Counted from the stretch's first letter, positions 26,597 to 36,189 are shown. The stretch is DNA of 64,000 bases from an uncultured Candidatus Saccharibacteria bacterium (GCA_964426385.1 CAYRQF010000001.1:102190-166189); one strand, 5' to 3'. Notes: a model not told the origin generated them from the letters alone. Translations and numbers: made by a program.

Positions 26597-26597
26597 A

Positions 26598-27824
26598 ATG
26601 CTACAAAAGACTTATACTCCGTCAAAACAAATACTCGAAAAATATGCCGATGTTCTGGTGAATTTCGCATTGGGTAGTGGGGAGGGAATAAAGCCCGGAG
26701 AAACAGTTCGTATTGTCATCGAGGAGTCTGCCAAACCGCTCTTGATCGAGCTTCAGAAGGCAATCTTAAAGTCTCGAGGTAACTTCATCCTGACCTACCT
26801 ACCTGATGACACCGACGAATATAATTTCTCAAAGACTTTTTACGAATTGGCCGATGAGGCACAGCTAGCATATTTTCCGAAGACTCAACTCACCGGCATG
26901 ATCAAAGACATCGATCATCAGATCGGTATCATCAGCGAAGCGGTCAAGAACCCTCTCAAAGGCGTAGACCCGAAAAAGATGATGAAACGTGGCGAGGTAG
27001 GCAAATTCCTGATGGATATGCGTAACCACAAAGAAAACCGCGGTGAATTCACCTGGACGCTCGCACTATATGGAACACCCGCCATGGCCAAAGAAGCCGG
27101 CATGTCGGAGAAGGAATACTGGAATGAGATAATCAAAGCCTGCTATCTAAATGAGCCGAGCCCTATCAAGAAGTGGAAAGATACCTACAAGAAAATCGCT
27201 CAGTATCAGAAGAAACTTAACGATCTCAATATTGATAAACTTCATATCGAGGGCGTTGATGCGAATCTCTGGATCAAACTATCGCCAATGAGTAAATGGA
27301 TCGGTGGATCTGGTAGGAATATACCGTCGTTTGAGATATTTACGAGTCCCGACTGGCGAGGAACGAACGGCTGGATCAGGTTCAATCAGCCACTTTATCG
27401 ATACGGAAATCTCATCACTGGTATCGAGCTATGGTTCGAGAACGGTCGCGTCGTAAAGTCCAAGGCGAAGAAGAATGAAAACGTTTTGAAAGAGATGATC
27501 GCCACACGTAATGCTGACAAAATCGGCGAGTATTCACTGACTGACCGCAGATTCTCTGAGATAACCAAATTCATGGCCGAGACTCTATATGATGAGAATA
27601 TCGGCGGACGATTCGGTAACACCCATCTCGCACTCGGTAATAGTTACCATGATTGCTACAAAGGTGACCCAGCCAAGGTCTCAAAGAAGACCTGGGAGAA
27701 ACTCGGGTACAACGACTCATCTGTTCATACAGATATCATCTCCACGACTGACCGTACGGTGACAGCATATTTACCGAACGGCAAAACTAAAGTTATTTAT
27801 AAAGACGGACAATTTACTTTATAG
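26598..27824 (+). CDS. Aminopeptidase, M29 (AmpS/PepS/aminopeptidase T) family
   Basis: 408 aa. N-terminus LEKYADVLVNFALGSGEGIKPGETVRIV is the typical M29 opening. Starts 2 nt after aspS. Confidence 0.65.
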   Translation: MLQKTYTPSKQILEKYADVLVNFALGSGEGIKPGETVRIVIEESAKPLLIELQKAILKSRGNFILTYLPDDTDEYNFSKTFYELADEAQLAYFPKTQLTGMIKDIDHQIGIISEAVKNPLKGVDPKKMMKRGEVGKFLMDMRNHKENRGEFTWTLALYGTPAMAKEAGMSEKEYWNEIIKACYLNEPSPIKKWKDTYKKIAQYQKKLNDLNIDKLHIEGVDANLWIKLSPMSKWIGGSGRNIPSFEIFTSPDWRGTNGWIRFNQPLYRYGNLITGIELWFENGRVVKSKAKKNENVLKEMIATRNADKIGEYSLTDRRFSEITKFMAETLYDENIGGRFGNTHLALGNSYHDCYKGDPAKVSKKTWEKLGYNDSSVHTDIISTTDRTVTAYLPNGKTKVIYKDGQFTL

Positions 27825-27835
27825 TCTAAAAATGC

Positions 27836-27864
27836 AGAAGCCCCGCGATGAGCGGGGCTTTGCG
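27836..27864. terminator. Bidirectional terminator hairpin (GAAGCCCCGCGATGAGCGGGGCTTT)
   Basis: Perfect 9-bp GC-rich stem between convergent ORFs 26598..27824 (+) and 27886..28107 (-). Confidence 0.6.
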
Positions 27865-27885
27865 ATAAAGGTGATGAACAGGGCT

Positions 27886-28107
27886 TCAGCCGGTGATCGA
27901 TTCGTTATGACCTTGGATGACACCGAGTCTGTGGACACCCAGTCCTGTCATAAGAGAGAACATGGCACCAAAAAAGATGCAGAAGTAGGCGTCCACGGTG
28001 TTACGGCTCGTCGCTACTCCAATGAAGCATGCGCCGGCGCAGAGTACAAAGAAGATCGTAATGATCAACGCACCCTTACTACTTTCGCGTTTTCTGTTGT
28101 GTTTCAT
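27886..28107 (-). CDS. Small hypothetical membrane protein (start taken at the internal MKHNRKRE)
   Basis: Two TM segments (ALIITIFFVLCAGACFIGVA, FCIFFGAMFSLMTGLGV). The overlapping plus-strand ORF 27832..28116 lacks protein-like features. Confidence 0.4.
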   Translation of the reverse strand: MKHNRKRESSKGALIITIFFVLCAGACFIGVATSRNTVDAYFCIFFGAMFSLMTGLGVHRLGVIQGHNESITG

Positions 28108-28212
28108 GATCGTTGAAGTTTGATTGTATTGTACCATAGTATAATGATATTGTCAATCAATAATTTTGATATTTAACAGGTTAGAAAATTATTTGCATGC
28201 TAAAATGTTCCC

Positions 28213-28971
28213 GTGGAAGACACTCTCTATAAAGTAAAAACTGTAAGTTTCGAAGGACCTCTTGAGGTCCTATTGGGTCTCATCGAGAAGCGAAAACTTT
28301 TCATAAACGAAATATCGCTGGCGGCTATTACAGACGATTACATAACCTATGTTCGAGGCCTGAAGACCAGCGATATTAGCGACTACACGTCGTTCATATC
28401 TGTTGCCGCAACACTCATTCTCATCAAGTCACGTTCTCTCATACCGAACCTCGAGCTCACGACAGAGGAAGAGTCCGATGTGGCATCACTTGAGCATCGT
28501 CTGGAACTATACAAGCTGATCAAAGAAATAGGTGTCGATATAGCCGAGCAATTCGGGAAGAATATTATTTTCCCAAGGCTCGAGCGCGACATCGAGATGC
28601 GAGTGTTCGCCCCACATGAGAGTATTTCTCAAACGTCTCTTCTCGGAGCTATCAATGACGTAGTCCGGGCGATACCTGAACCAGCTGTAGTCAAGCCAGA
28701 GGTTGTCGTCATGAAGATAAGGAGTCTCGAGGATACGATCAATGATCTCGTAGAACGTGTACACAAGTCTCTCAAGATGAGCTTCCGAGAGTTTTCTGCG
28801 AGCGGTGACTACAAAACTCACAAAGAAAAGAAGGTTGGTACGATAGTCTCGTTCCTCGCCATGCTAGAATTAGTCCGTCAGGGATTTATGGAGGCATTTC
28901 AGGGTGAGGATTTTTCTGACATAAATATCGAGAAGCTAGAAAATAAACAAGAACCAAATGGATCCCGTTAG
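28213..28971 (+). CDS. scpA: Segregation and condensation protein A
   Basis: 252 aa. FEGPLEVLLGLIEKRKLFINEISLAAITDDYITYV is the ScpA N-terminal signature. Confidence 0.8.
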   Translation: MEDTLYKVKTVSFEGPLEVLLGLIEKRKLFINEISLAAITDDYITYVRGLKTSDISDYTSFISVAATLILIKSRSLIPNLELTTEEESDVASLEHRLELYKLIKEIGVDIAEQFGKNIIFPRLERDIEMRVFAPHESISQTSLLGAINDVVRAIPEPAVVKPEVVVMKIRSLEDTINDLVERVHKSLKMSFREFSASGDYKTHKEKKVGTIVSFLAMLELVRQGFMEAFQGEDFSDINIEKLENKQEPNGSR

Positions 28972-29084
28972 AAGCCGCGGTCGCAGATCCCAAGAAAAAC
29001 CATGATAAAATCAAAAAGCATTTTTATAAATATTAGCCAAACAGTTTGCGGGACGACCGCGACCTGCTTCTAACGGGATGGATC
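28961..29084. repeat. Inverted-repeat element IRE-1 (about 124 bp): outer 14-bp stem ATCCCGTTAGAAGC/GCTTCTAACGGGAT, inner stem CGCGGTCG/CGACCGCG, AT-rich loop of about 60 nt containing TTTTTATAAATATTA
   Basis: The left arm contains the scpA TAG stop (28969-71). The right arm ends in the scpB ATG (29078-80). Homologous to IRE-2 at 29620..29738. Confidence 0.75.
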
Positions 29085-29629
29085 TATCGAATAAAATCGA
29101 AGCATTACTTTTCTGGAAAGGCGAGCCAATGACCCTATGGGATATCGGGGTGGCACTACGCGCAGAACCAGACGATGTAAAGTCTGCATTTCCGAAGCTA
29201 CGTGAAAGTCTCACGGGTAGAGGCATAACAGTAATAGAACATGACGGCAAAGTAATGCTCGGTACTGCGCCAGAGATGTCAGAATTCTTCGAGACCCTCA
29301 GAAAGGAAGAGCTCCAGAAAGAGCTGTCGAAAGCCGCCCTCGAGACACTATCCGTTATCCTCTACAAGCAGGGTGTCACCCGAAGCGATATCAACTTCAT
29401 CCGAGGAGTGAACTCGAGCTACATCCTCCGAAACCTCGAGGTCCGAGGCCTCGTCGAGCGTGTGAGTCACAATAGTGACGGTCGCACGTATGTGTATAAA
29501 CCATCCCTTGAACTCTTGGCGCATCTTGGGGTATCATCTGTAGCGGACTTACCAGACTTCGAGCGTGTCCGAAATAGCCTAGAAAACAAGATATCTAACC
29601 AGGAGAAAGACCCGAATGAATCCCGATAG
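29078..29629 (+). CDS. scpB: Segregation and condensation protein B
   Basis: 183 aa. ALETLSVILYKQGVTRSDINFIRGVNSSYILRNLEVRGLVER matches the ScpB winged-helix repeats. Confidence 0.8.
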   Translation: MDLSNKIEALLFWKGEPMTLWDIGVALRAEPDDVKSAFPKLRESLTGRGITVIEHDGKVMLGTAPEMSEFFETLRKEELQKELSKAALETLSVILYKQGVTRSDINFIRGVNSSYILRNLEVRGLVERVSHNSDGRTYVYKPSLELLAHLGVSSVADLPDFERVRNSLENKISNQEKDPNESR

Positions 29630-29738
29630 TGATCGCGGTCGCGCTAGTGTATATTACCGAGTATCGAGTATTACGAATTATTAGATTTTTATAATTATAT
29701 AGGTAACGTTTAGACCGCGACCTATCACTATCGGGATG
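29620..29738. repeat. Inverted-repeat element IRE-2 (about 119 bp): outer 14-bp stem ATCCCGATAGTGAT/ATCACTATCGGGAT, inner CGCGGTC/GACCGCG, AT-rich loop containing TTTTTATAATTATATA (perfect TATAAT)
   Basis: The left arm contains the scpB TAG stop (29627-29). The right arm ends in the ATG of the dacA-like gene (29736-38). Same architecture as IRE-1. Confidence 0.75.
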
Positions 29739-30677
29739 AAACCAACCCAGAGTGAGTTACAACTTATATTTTCGATGATATTCCTCGCAGTCGTGGGCTT
29801 TTTTTATGTGCGGGGTGTGAGGCAGGAGATAGCTAGAGGGGAAGTGCTCGAACAACAGATGGCTGAGTACGAGGAGAGTATCAAGCCCTTCCTAGATATC
29901 GCGCTCAACGCCGATGCTTTCGCAATATACGACATGGATAAATCTGAGTTCGTATACAAGAGAAATGCAGAGCAAGTTATGCCTCTCGCGTCACTCGCGA
30001 AAATAATGAGCGCTATAGTTGTGATGGAGAATGTTCCAGCTGATCATGTATTCACTATCTCCAAAGACGCACTTAGTATCATAGGTGACAACAAGCTACT
30101 TGTGGACGAGAGATGGACACGAGATGAGCTACTGCAATTCACGCTGGTAGAATCTTCGAATGACGCTATATACGAGATGGCTCTAGAAACGGGTGCGATT
30201 ATAGACCCGACTGCCGCAGACCCTCGGAGTGTTTTCATAGCAAAGATGAATGACAAAGCCAAAGAACTCAAACTTCAGAGTCTCAAGTTTAACAATGAGT
30301 CAGGTCTAGACGAGACAGCAGAACTCTCCGGAGCATACGGTAACAGTCGTGACGTTAGTCGTATTCTCTCGTACGCCGTAAAAACATATCCAGATATAAT
30401 GCTCCCAACAACGAAGTCTGCTCCAATATTCAACTCTCTCGACACACAGCATGTCGCTAAAAATACGAATCCTATCGTTGAGAGTATAGATGGTATCGTG
30501 GCATCAAAAACCGGCTTCACGAACATATCTGGGGGCAATCTAGCTGTGGCGATAGAGAGTGCGACGGGTAGAAAGCTCGTTATGACAGTGCTCGGCTCGA
30601 CGTTTGACGATAGGTTTACAGACATCATGACGCTGAGCGGGGCAGTGAATGGTGAAGTTAAGGAGACTCCGGAATAA
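29736..30677 (+). CDS. D-alanyl-D-alanine carboxypeptidase (serine-type, PBP5/S11-like low-molecular-weight PBP)
   Basis: 313 aa. N-terminal TM. SxxK (ASLAKIM), SxN (LVESSNDA) and KTG (SKTGFT) active-site motifs in the canonical order. Confidence 0.75.
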   Translation: MKPTQSELQLIFSMIFLAVVGFFYVRGVRQEIARGEVLEQQMAEYEESIKPFLDIALNADAFAIYDMDKSEFVYKRNAEQVMPLASLAKIMSAIVVMENVPADHVFTISKDALSIIGDNKLLVDERWTRDELLQFTLVESSNDAIYEMALETGAIIDPTAADPRSVFIAKMNDKAKELKLQSLKFNNESGLDETAELSGAYGNSRDVSRILSYAVKTYPDIMLPTTKSAPIFNSLDTQHVAKNTNPIVESIDGIVASKTGFTNISGGNLAVAIESATGRKLVMTVLGSTFDDRFTDIMTLSGAVNGEVKETPE

Positions 30678-31767
30678 TGCTAATATGGTATTCATGGAAC
30701 TCAGTCTAATAAAAGTCTTCTTGCCTACAGTGCTGACATTCGCACTAGGTATCCTGATCACGCCGATATTTTCTAACATCTTCTATAAATACAAGATGTG
30801 GAAACAGACACCCAGGCACGTCGATGGGTGTACTGACGACCACTGCATGTCGCCCGAGTTCAAACGTATCCACAACGGCGATGATGAGCTCCACACACCG
30901 CGCGTTGGAGGGATCATCATATGGATGAGCATCTGTCTGTCCGCACTTCTACTTTTCCTTATACCGACATTTTTCCCATCTGAACTAACTCAGAAACTCA
31001 ACTTCGTTTCCAAAGAGCAAACTGTACTACCATTCGTAGGACTACTAGTCGGTGCATTCATCGGTCTCGTGAATGACTTTCTAACTATATACATGAACAA
31101 GGGAGTCTTCATCAACGGCTTCCCGAGACGATACATGATCATGTTCGTCACACTCTCTGCGCTGGCGTTCGCTTCGTGGTTCTACTGGAAGCTCGGTGAT
31201 AGCGAGATACTCATACCTATCATCCATCAGTTTCTAGATATCGGTATATGGTTCATCCCTGTTTTCGTATTCGTATTTCTAGCCACTTTCTCATCCGGAG
31301 TCATCGACGGTATCGATGGACTAGCGGGTGGAGTGATGGCGATGATATTCGCAGCACTGTCGACAATCGCATTCTTCCAGAATCAGATAGATATAGCAGC
31401 ATTCTCGCTCGTTGTCGCTGGAGCGATACTCGCGTTCTTGTGGTTCAACATCCCACCAGCCAGGTTCTGGATGGGGGAGACGGGGATGCTCGGACTCATG
31501 TTCGCGCTCACTATCATTGTGTTTCTAACTGACACTGTTCTCATCCTTCCAATTATCGGATTCCCCCTAGTCATCACTGCTGCGAGCTCTGCGATACAGA
31601 TTATTTCGAAAAAACTCCGTGGTCCGGTCAAAGGCAAGATTTTCCGCGTGGCGCCACTACATCATCACTTCGAAGCTATCGGTTGGTCTCGGGAGAAGAT
31701 CACTATGCGCTATTGGATCATCTCAACTATTTTCGCTATTGCGGGAGTTATTGTCGCGCTTATCTAA
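30649..31767 (+). CDS. mraY: Phospho-N-acetylmuramoyl-pentapeptide transferase
   Basis: 372 aa polytopic membrane protein. VIDGIDGLAGGV and the HHHFE motif region (APLHHHFEAIGW) are diagnostic of MraY. The true start may be the Met at 30685 (MVFMEL) rather than 30649. Confidence 0.85.
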   Translation: MVKLRRLRNNANMVFMELSLIKVFLPTVLTFALGILITPIFSNIFYKYKMWKQTPRHVDGCTDDHCMSPEFKRIHNGDDELHTPRVGGIIIWMSICLSALLLFLIPTFFPSELTQKLNFVSKEQTVLPFVGLLVGAFIGLVNDFLTIYMNKGVFINGFPRRYMIMFVTLSALAFASWFYWKLGDSEILIPIIHQFLDIGIWFIPVFVFVFLATFSSGVIDGIDGLAGGVMAMIFAALSTIAFFQNQIDIAAFSLVVAGAILAFLWFNIPPARFWMGETGMLGLMFALTIIVFLTDTVLILPIIGFPLVITAASSAIQIISKKLRGPVKGKIFRVAPLHHHFEAIGWSREKITMRYWIISTIFAIAGVIVALI

Positions 31768-31832
31768 CTATTGACAAACAGATACTTTATGTTAGTATTT
31801 TGAGTCATAGCTCACCAACAACTTAACACCAC

Positions 31833-32582
31833 ATGGACAGACAAACTTTCGGCCGTACGGTCGCCAAGCGCTCTGGTCAGAGAACATCAGGGAATTTCCT
31901 GATGTTTGGATCATTTCCGCTTCTCGTGCTCACAGTTATTGGAATGTTCGCGATGGTTGCGACTGAAAGTCAGGGTGTGCTCCCGCGCTGGACACAGATC
32001 TATATCCTGGGAGGAGTACTGCTAGGGTTCGGCCTCATCCCTCTCGTTGGATGGATACTTGGACGCACGAGAAGGAGATTCCATATTTCCACCCTTCGGG
32101 CAGACATCGATGTAGAGGAGCACATGATCAGGTTCGCCTGGCGCAAGAAGGAGGAGTACAGAATGTACTACTATGGAGAGCGGGACATCCTTGAGTTTTT
32201 CGGTCTTAAGGACTACGTGACTACAGTGGGGCTCGACAAGCCCATTAGTGACTTCAAGCGAATTATCAATGAACTTGAACGGCGCGAGGCTGAGTGGGTC
32301 CAGATGGGGTGGCATAAAATTCCTGAGCACCGAGAGGGGTTCAAGAAGATGCGGTCCTACATGCGCGAATGCCATGATTACATTACCGAAGCTGAGATCG
32401 AAGGGCTCATGGAAGACAGTCAGCGTGTTGAGCGCCTGAAAGACTTTCTGAAGCCGCTCTACGAGAAATCTCTCCTTGAAGTGGAGAAGATGATCATTGC
32501 TCTCAATGAGAAGTTGCGCTTGGCCAAGGATGTGTACGGCATGGAGTTTCCACCGAGAAGATTGTGGGAGGATGATCTTTGA
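31833..32582 (+). CDS. Hypothetical membrane-anchored protein occupying the position usually held by murD in dcw clusters
   Basis: 249 aa with two N-terminal TM segments followed by a charged cytoplasmic domain. The antisense track ORF 32022..32840 looks spurious. A terminator follows. Confidence 0.45.
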   Translation: MDRQTFGRTVAKRSGQRTSGNFLMFGSFPLLVLTVIGMFAMVATESQGVLPRWTQIYILGGVLLGFGLIPLVGWILGRTRRRFHISTLRADIDVEEHMIRFAWRKKEEYRMYYYGERDILEFFGLKDYVTTVGLDKPISDFKRIINELERREAEWVQMGWHKIPEHREGFKKMRSYMRECHDYITEAEIEGLMEDSQRVERLKDFLKPLYEKSLLEVEKMIIALNEKLRLAKDVYGMEFPPRRLWEDDL

Positions 32583-32590
32583 TGAATTTG

Positions 32591-32633
32591 ATGGCGCCTT
32601 TCCCAACTGGGGAAGGCGCCATCTTTGTTTTTG
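32591..32633 (+). terminator. Rho-independent terminator (ATGGCGCCTTTCCCAACTGGGGAAGGCGCCAT followed by CTTTGTTTTTG)
   Basis: Near-perfect 12-bp stem plus T-tract downstream of ORF 31833..32582. Confidence 0.7.
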
Positions 32634-32646
32634 ATATACTTTAGGG

Positions 32647-33750
32647 ATGTCTAACGTCGGTAAAGTCGATAAGTTTTTTCTCGGTGTAGTAATAGCGCTA
32701 GTTGTGCTCGGGTTTTTCTCATTCATCTCTGCCTCGTTCGGCGTACTCGCTAGAAACGAAACGAAATTCTGGGGCATCGTCATCAACCAAACTATTGGTC
32801 TCGGACTCGGTGGACTCCTCATGTATGTTTTCTCTCGCATAGACTACAAAGTCTGGCGTAAGTACGCATTCTTCATGTTCGTGACCTCGATACTTCTCAC
32901 ACTACTCGTCTTCGTCCCAGCTATCAGTCTCGAGCACGGTGGGGCGAGACGTTGGATATCGTTCGGGCCGATATCATTTCAGCCTGTTGAATTCCTAAAG
33001 ATCGCTTTCGTCATATATTTCGCTGGATGGTTGTCCTGGGTCAAGAACAAGGCGAAGCAGGTCAAATACGGCATCCTACCTCTCGTCATCATGCTCGGCG
33101 TCGTCGCAGCTGTACTACTACAGCAACCTGACACGAAGAGTATCATCCTCATATTCGTCGCTTCTGCATCGATGCTTCTGCTGTCGGGAGTACCGTGGAA
33201 ATATATTTTCATTTCGATCGGAGTCGCTATAGCACTCTTTACCATACTTGCGCTATCGAAACCGTACCTGTTTCAAAGAGTGAAGACATTCATCAATCCG
33301 TCAGCCGATCTGCAGGGAGCATCGTTTCAGCTGAAGCACTCGCTCATCGCCATCGGCTCGGGCGGAGTTTTCGGTAGGGGTCTCGGACAGAGTCTGCAGA
33401 AATTTACATATTTACCCGAGCCTCAGGGTGACTCGATATTTGCTGTTATTGGCGAGGAATTTGGCTTCGTCGGCACGACCCTTATCGTCGTTCTGTTCGT
33501 TATGTTTGGCCTGCGAGGACTCCGGATCGCATATCGGGCCCCTGACTCGTTCGGTAGACTAATGGTTGCCGGAATTGTTATACTTCTCCTAGCACAGTCA
33601 TTCCTAAACATCGCCTCCATCATCGGGCTTTTCCCGTTGACGGGTGTACCGCTCGTATTCATCAGTCATGGTGGAACGAGCCTCATGATCGCCCTGGCCG
33701 CGATAGGTATAGTGCTGAACGTCTCGAGGTATCAATTACAAAATAGATAA
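32647..33750 (+). CDS. ftsW: SEDS-family peptidoglycan glycosyltransferase FtsW/RodA
   Basis: 367 aa with about 10 TM segments. Conserved SEDS loop region and lipid II flippase / cell division protein FtsW family features. Lies between mraY and murG. Confidence 0.8.
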   Translation: MSNVGKVDKFFLGVVIALVVLGFFSFISASFGVLARNETKFWGIVINQTIGLGLGGLLMYVFSRIDYKVWRKYAFFMFVTSILLTLLVFVPAISLEHGGARRWISFGPISFQPVEFLKIAFVIYFAGWLSWVKNKAKQVKYGILPLVIMLGVVAAVLLQQPDTKSIILIFVASASMLLLSGVPWKYIFISIGVAIALFTILALSKPYLFQRVKTFINPSADLQGASFQLKHSLIAIGSGGVFGRGLGQSLQKFTYLPEPQGDSIFAVIGEEFGFVGTTLIVVLFVMFGLRGLRIAYRAPDSFGRLMVAGIVILLLAQSFLNIASIIGLFPLTGVPLVFISHGGTSLMIALAAIGIVLNVSRYQLQNR

Positions 33751-33764
33751 TATTGTTAAACTAG

Positions 33765-34895
33765 ATGAAGGTACTATTAACAGGCGGAGGCACAGGTGGA
33801 CATTTCTATCCACTGATCGCTGTCGCCGAGGAACTCCGAGAACTAGCCGCCAAAGAGAAGATCCTAGATCTCGAGCTTTTCTATATATCCGATACTCCAT
33901 ACGATCAGAGTGCTCTCGATGAAGCTCAAATCAAATTCATGAAGCTCTCGACAGGCAAGCAGAGGATGTATTTCTCCATCGACAATTTCTTCGACATCTT
34001 CAAGACATTCTTCGCGACTATTCGCGCACTATTCATGGTCTACGGACTGTTCCCAGATGTCATATTCTCCAAAGGCGGATACCCATCGGTCCCTGTGACT
34101 ATCGCTGCTAGATTCCTCGATATCCCACTCATCATCCACGAGTCTGACTCTGTACCAGGTCGTGCGAACAAGATGGCAGGGAAGTGGGCGAAACGTATCG
34201 CCATATCGTACCAGGAAGCTGTCGAGTATTTCCCAAAAGACAAAACTGCCTATGTCGGACACATAGTTAGAGGAGATGTTCGCGAACCTCTCACCGAGGG
34301 TGCATTCGAATACCTGAAACTGAAGTCTGCGCTTCCGGTGATATTTGTGCTCGGCGGGTCTCAGGGTGCACGACTCATCAACGACGCCATACTAGACGCG
34401 CTACCGGACCTCGTCACACGCTATCAGATAATCCACCAGACGGGTGTAAAAAACTTTGATGAGGTCAAAGAGATCGGCAATATCGTACTAAAAGATAACG
34501 AGTCAAAAGGGAATTACTACCCGTATCCATATCTAAACAAGCTCGCCATCCGAATGTGCGCTGGAGTGGCGAACCTCATCATTTCTCGAGCCGGTGCGAA
34601 CTCGATCAGTGAGATCGCCGCCTGGGGTAGGGCATCTATCATCATCCCTATAACGAAATCTAACGGTGACCATCAACGAAACAATGCATTTAACTATGCT
34701 CGTACGGGTGCATGCTCCGTAGTAGAAGAGGCGAACCTGAAGGGTCATGTACTGACCGAAGAGATCGATCGCATACTCGGCGATGAGTCTCTCAGAAATA
34801 GGATGATGGAATCTACGAAGGACTTCGTCACACCCGACGCGGAGATGAAAATAGCAGAAGAGATTATCAGAATCGGTGTGTCACATGAAAAATAA
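33765..34895 (+). CDS. murG: UDP-N-acetylglucosamine--N-acetylmuramyl-(pentapeptide) pyrophosphoryl-undecaprenol N-acetylglucosamine transferase
   Basis: 376 aa. N-terminus MKVLLTGGGTGGHFYPLIAVAEEL is the MurG glycine-rich motif. VLGGSQGA motif present in the C-terminal half. Confidence 0.85.
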   Translation: MKVLLTGGGTGGHFYPLIAVAEELRELAAKEKILDLELFYISDTPYDQSALDEAQIKFMKLSTGKQRMYFSIDNFFDIFKTFFATIRALFMVYGLFPDVIFSKGGYPSVPVTIAARFLDIPLIIHESDSVPGRANKMAGKWAKRIAISYQEAVEYFPKDKTAYVGHIVRGDVREPLTEGAFEYLKLKSALPVIFVLGGSQGARLINDAILDALPDLVTRYQIIHQTGVKNFDEVKEIGNIVLKDNESKGNYYPYPYLNKLAIRMCAGVANLIISRAGANSISEIAAWGRASIIIPITKSNGDHQRNNAFNYARTGACSVVEEANLKGHVLTEEIDRILGDESLRNRMMESTKDFVTPDAEMKIAEEIIRIGVSHEK

Positions 34896-36189
34896 TATTG
34901 TTACGAGAATAGCCCCAAGTCCAACGGGGAAGCTTCATATTGGAACCGCTAGAACGGCGCTTTTCTCATATTTATTTGCTAAAAAAAATAACGGTAAATT
35001 TATCTTAAGAATCGAAGATACCGATAAGGAGCGCTCAAAAAAGGAATACGAGGATAATATTTTAGAAGGTCTCGAATGGCTTGGGCTCGATTATGAAAAG
35101 CCAATGTACCGTCAGTCAGAGAGGACGGAAATCTACAAAGAATACATAAAGAAACTAATTGATTCAGGAACAGCATATGTATCCAAGGAGGAACCAAAAG
35201 AGGAGGGGGGTAGGACAGAAGTTATCCGATTCAAAAATCCCAATACAAAGATCAAATTCACGGACGTAATCTTGGGTGAAATAGAAGTCGACACGACTGA
35301 TCTCAAGGACTTTGTTATTGCCAAGGATTTAGACACACCGTTGTTTCATTTGACAGTTGTTATAGATGATGGTCTTATGGGGATTACTCACGTAATTCGC
35401 GGCCAGGATCATGTTCCAAATACTCCAAGGCAAATCCTTATTCTGGAGGCTTTAGGCTTCCAGAGGCCCGTATACGCTCATATACCGCTTATTTTATCCC
35501 CTGATAAATCTAAGATGTCCAAGCGCCACGGTGCCACATCTGTGGCCGAATTCCGCGAGCTGGGATACCTGCCGGAAGCCCTCATAAACTTTATTGCTTT
35601 CTTGGGCTGGAATCCAGGTACGGAGCAGGAAATTTTCAGCATGGATGATCTTATTAAAGAGTTTTCACTTGAAAAAATCCAAAAGGGGGCTGCGGTCTTT
35701 AATCAGGAAAAGCTTGATTGGTTTAACCGTGAATGGATAAAAACAAAGTTTACTGACACCTTTGCAATTGAAATGATTTGCAAGAAATTAGGTGTATCTG
35801 AGGAATTGGCAAAGAGGGCTCTACCTACGGTTGTCGAACGTCTAACTAAATATTCTGATTTAGATAATCAAGAGGAGTTCGGTTTCTATACCAAACTGCC
35901 TGACTTTGATTCGGCAAACCTCATCTGGAAAAAATCTGATAAGGAGAAAACTCTAACTTATTTAAAGAAGGCTAAAGAATTACTTGAAGACGCTGACTTC
36001 ACCAGCGCTGAAACTATCAAGTCGGCTGTCTGGGATTACGCCGAGTCTGTCGGCCGAGGAGACTTCCTCTGGCCGATGCGATACTCGCTATCTGGCAAGG
36101 ACAAATCTCCTGATCCGTTCACCCTTGCATATATATTTGGTAAAGATGAGACTATATCTCGCATAAGCCGAGCCCTCGAGCGTCTCTGA
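34876..36189 (+). CDS. gltX: Glutamate--tRNA ligase
   Basis: 437 aa. RIAPSPTGKLHIGTARTALFSYLFAKKNNGKFILRIEDTDKERS (HIGH region) and KMSKR motif. Overlaps the murG end by 20 nt. Confidence 0.85.
   Translation: MCHMKNNIVTRIAPSPTGKLHIGTARTALFSYLFAKKNNGKFILRIEDTDKERSKKEYEDNILEGLEWLGLDYEKPMYRQSERTEIYKEYIKKLIDSGTAYVSKEEPKEEGGRTEVIRFKNPNTKIKFTDVILGEIEVDTTDLKDFVIAKDLDTPLFHLTVVIDDGLMGITHVIRGQDHVPNTPRQILILEALGFQRPVYAHIPLILSPDKSKMSKRHGATSVAEFRELGYLPEALINFIAFLGWNPGTEQEIFSMDDLIKEFSLEKIQKGAAVFNQEKLDWFNREWIKTKFTDTFAIEMICKKLGVSEELAKRALPTVVERLTKYSDLDNQEEFGFYTKLPDFDSANLIWKKSDKEKTLTYLKKAKELLEDADFTSAETIKSAVWDYAESVGRGDFLWPMRYSLSGKDKSPDPFTLAYIFGKDETISRISRALERL

Noticed and set aside
32022-32840. 272-aa minus-strand ORF overlapping 31833..32582 and the ftsW start
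   Set aside because: P/S-rich low-complexity translation. It crosses a strong plus-strand terminator and the ftsW 5' end. The plus-strand genes are better supported.
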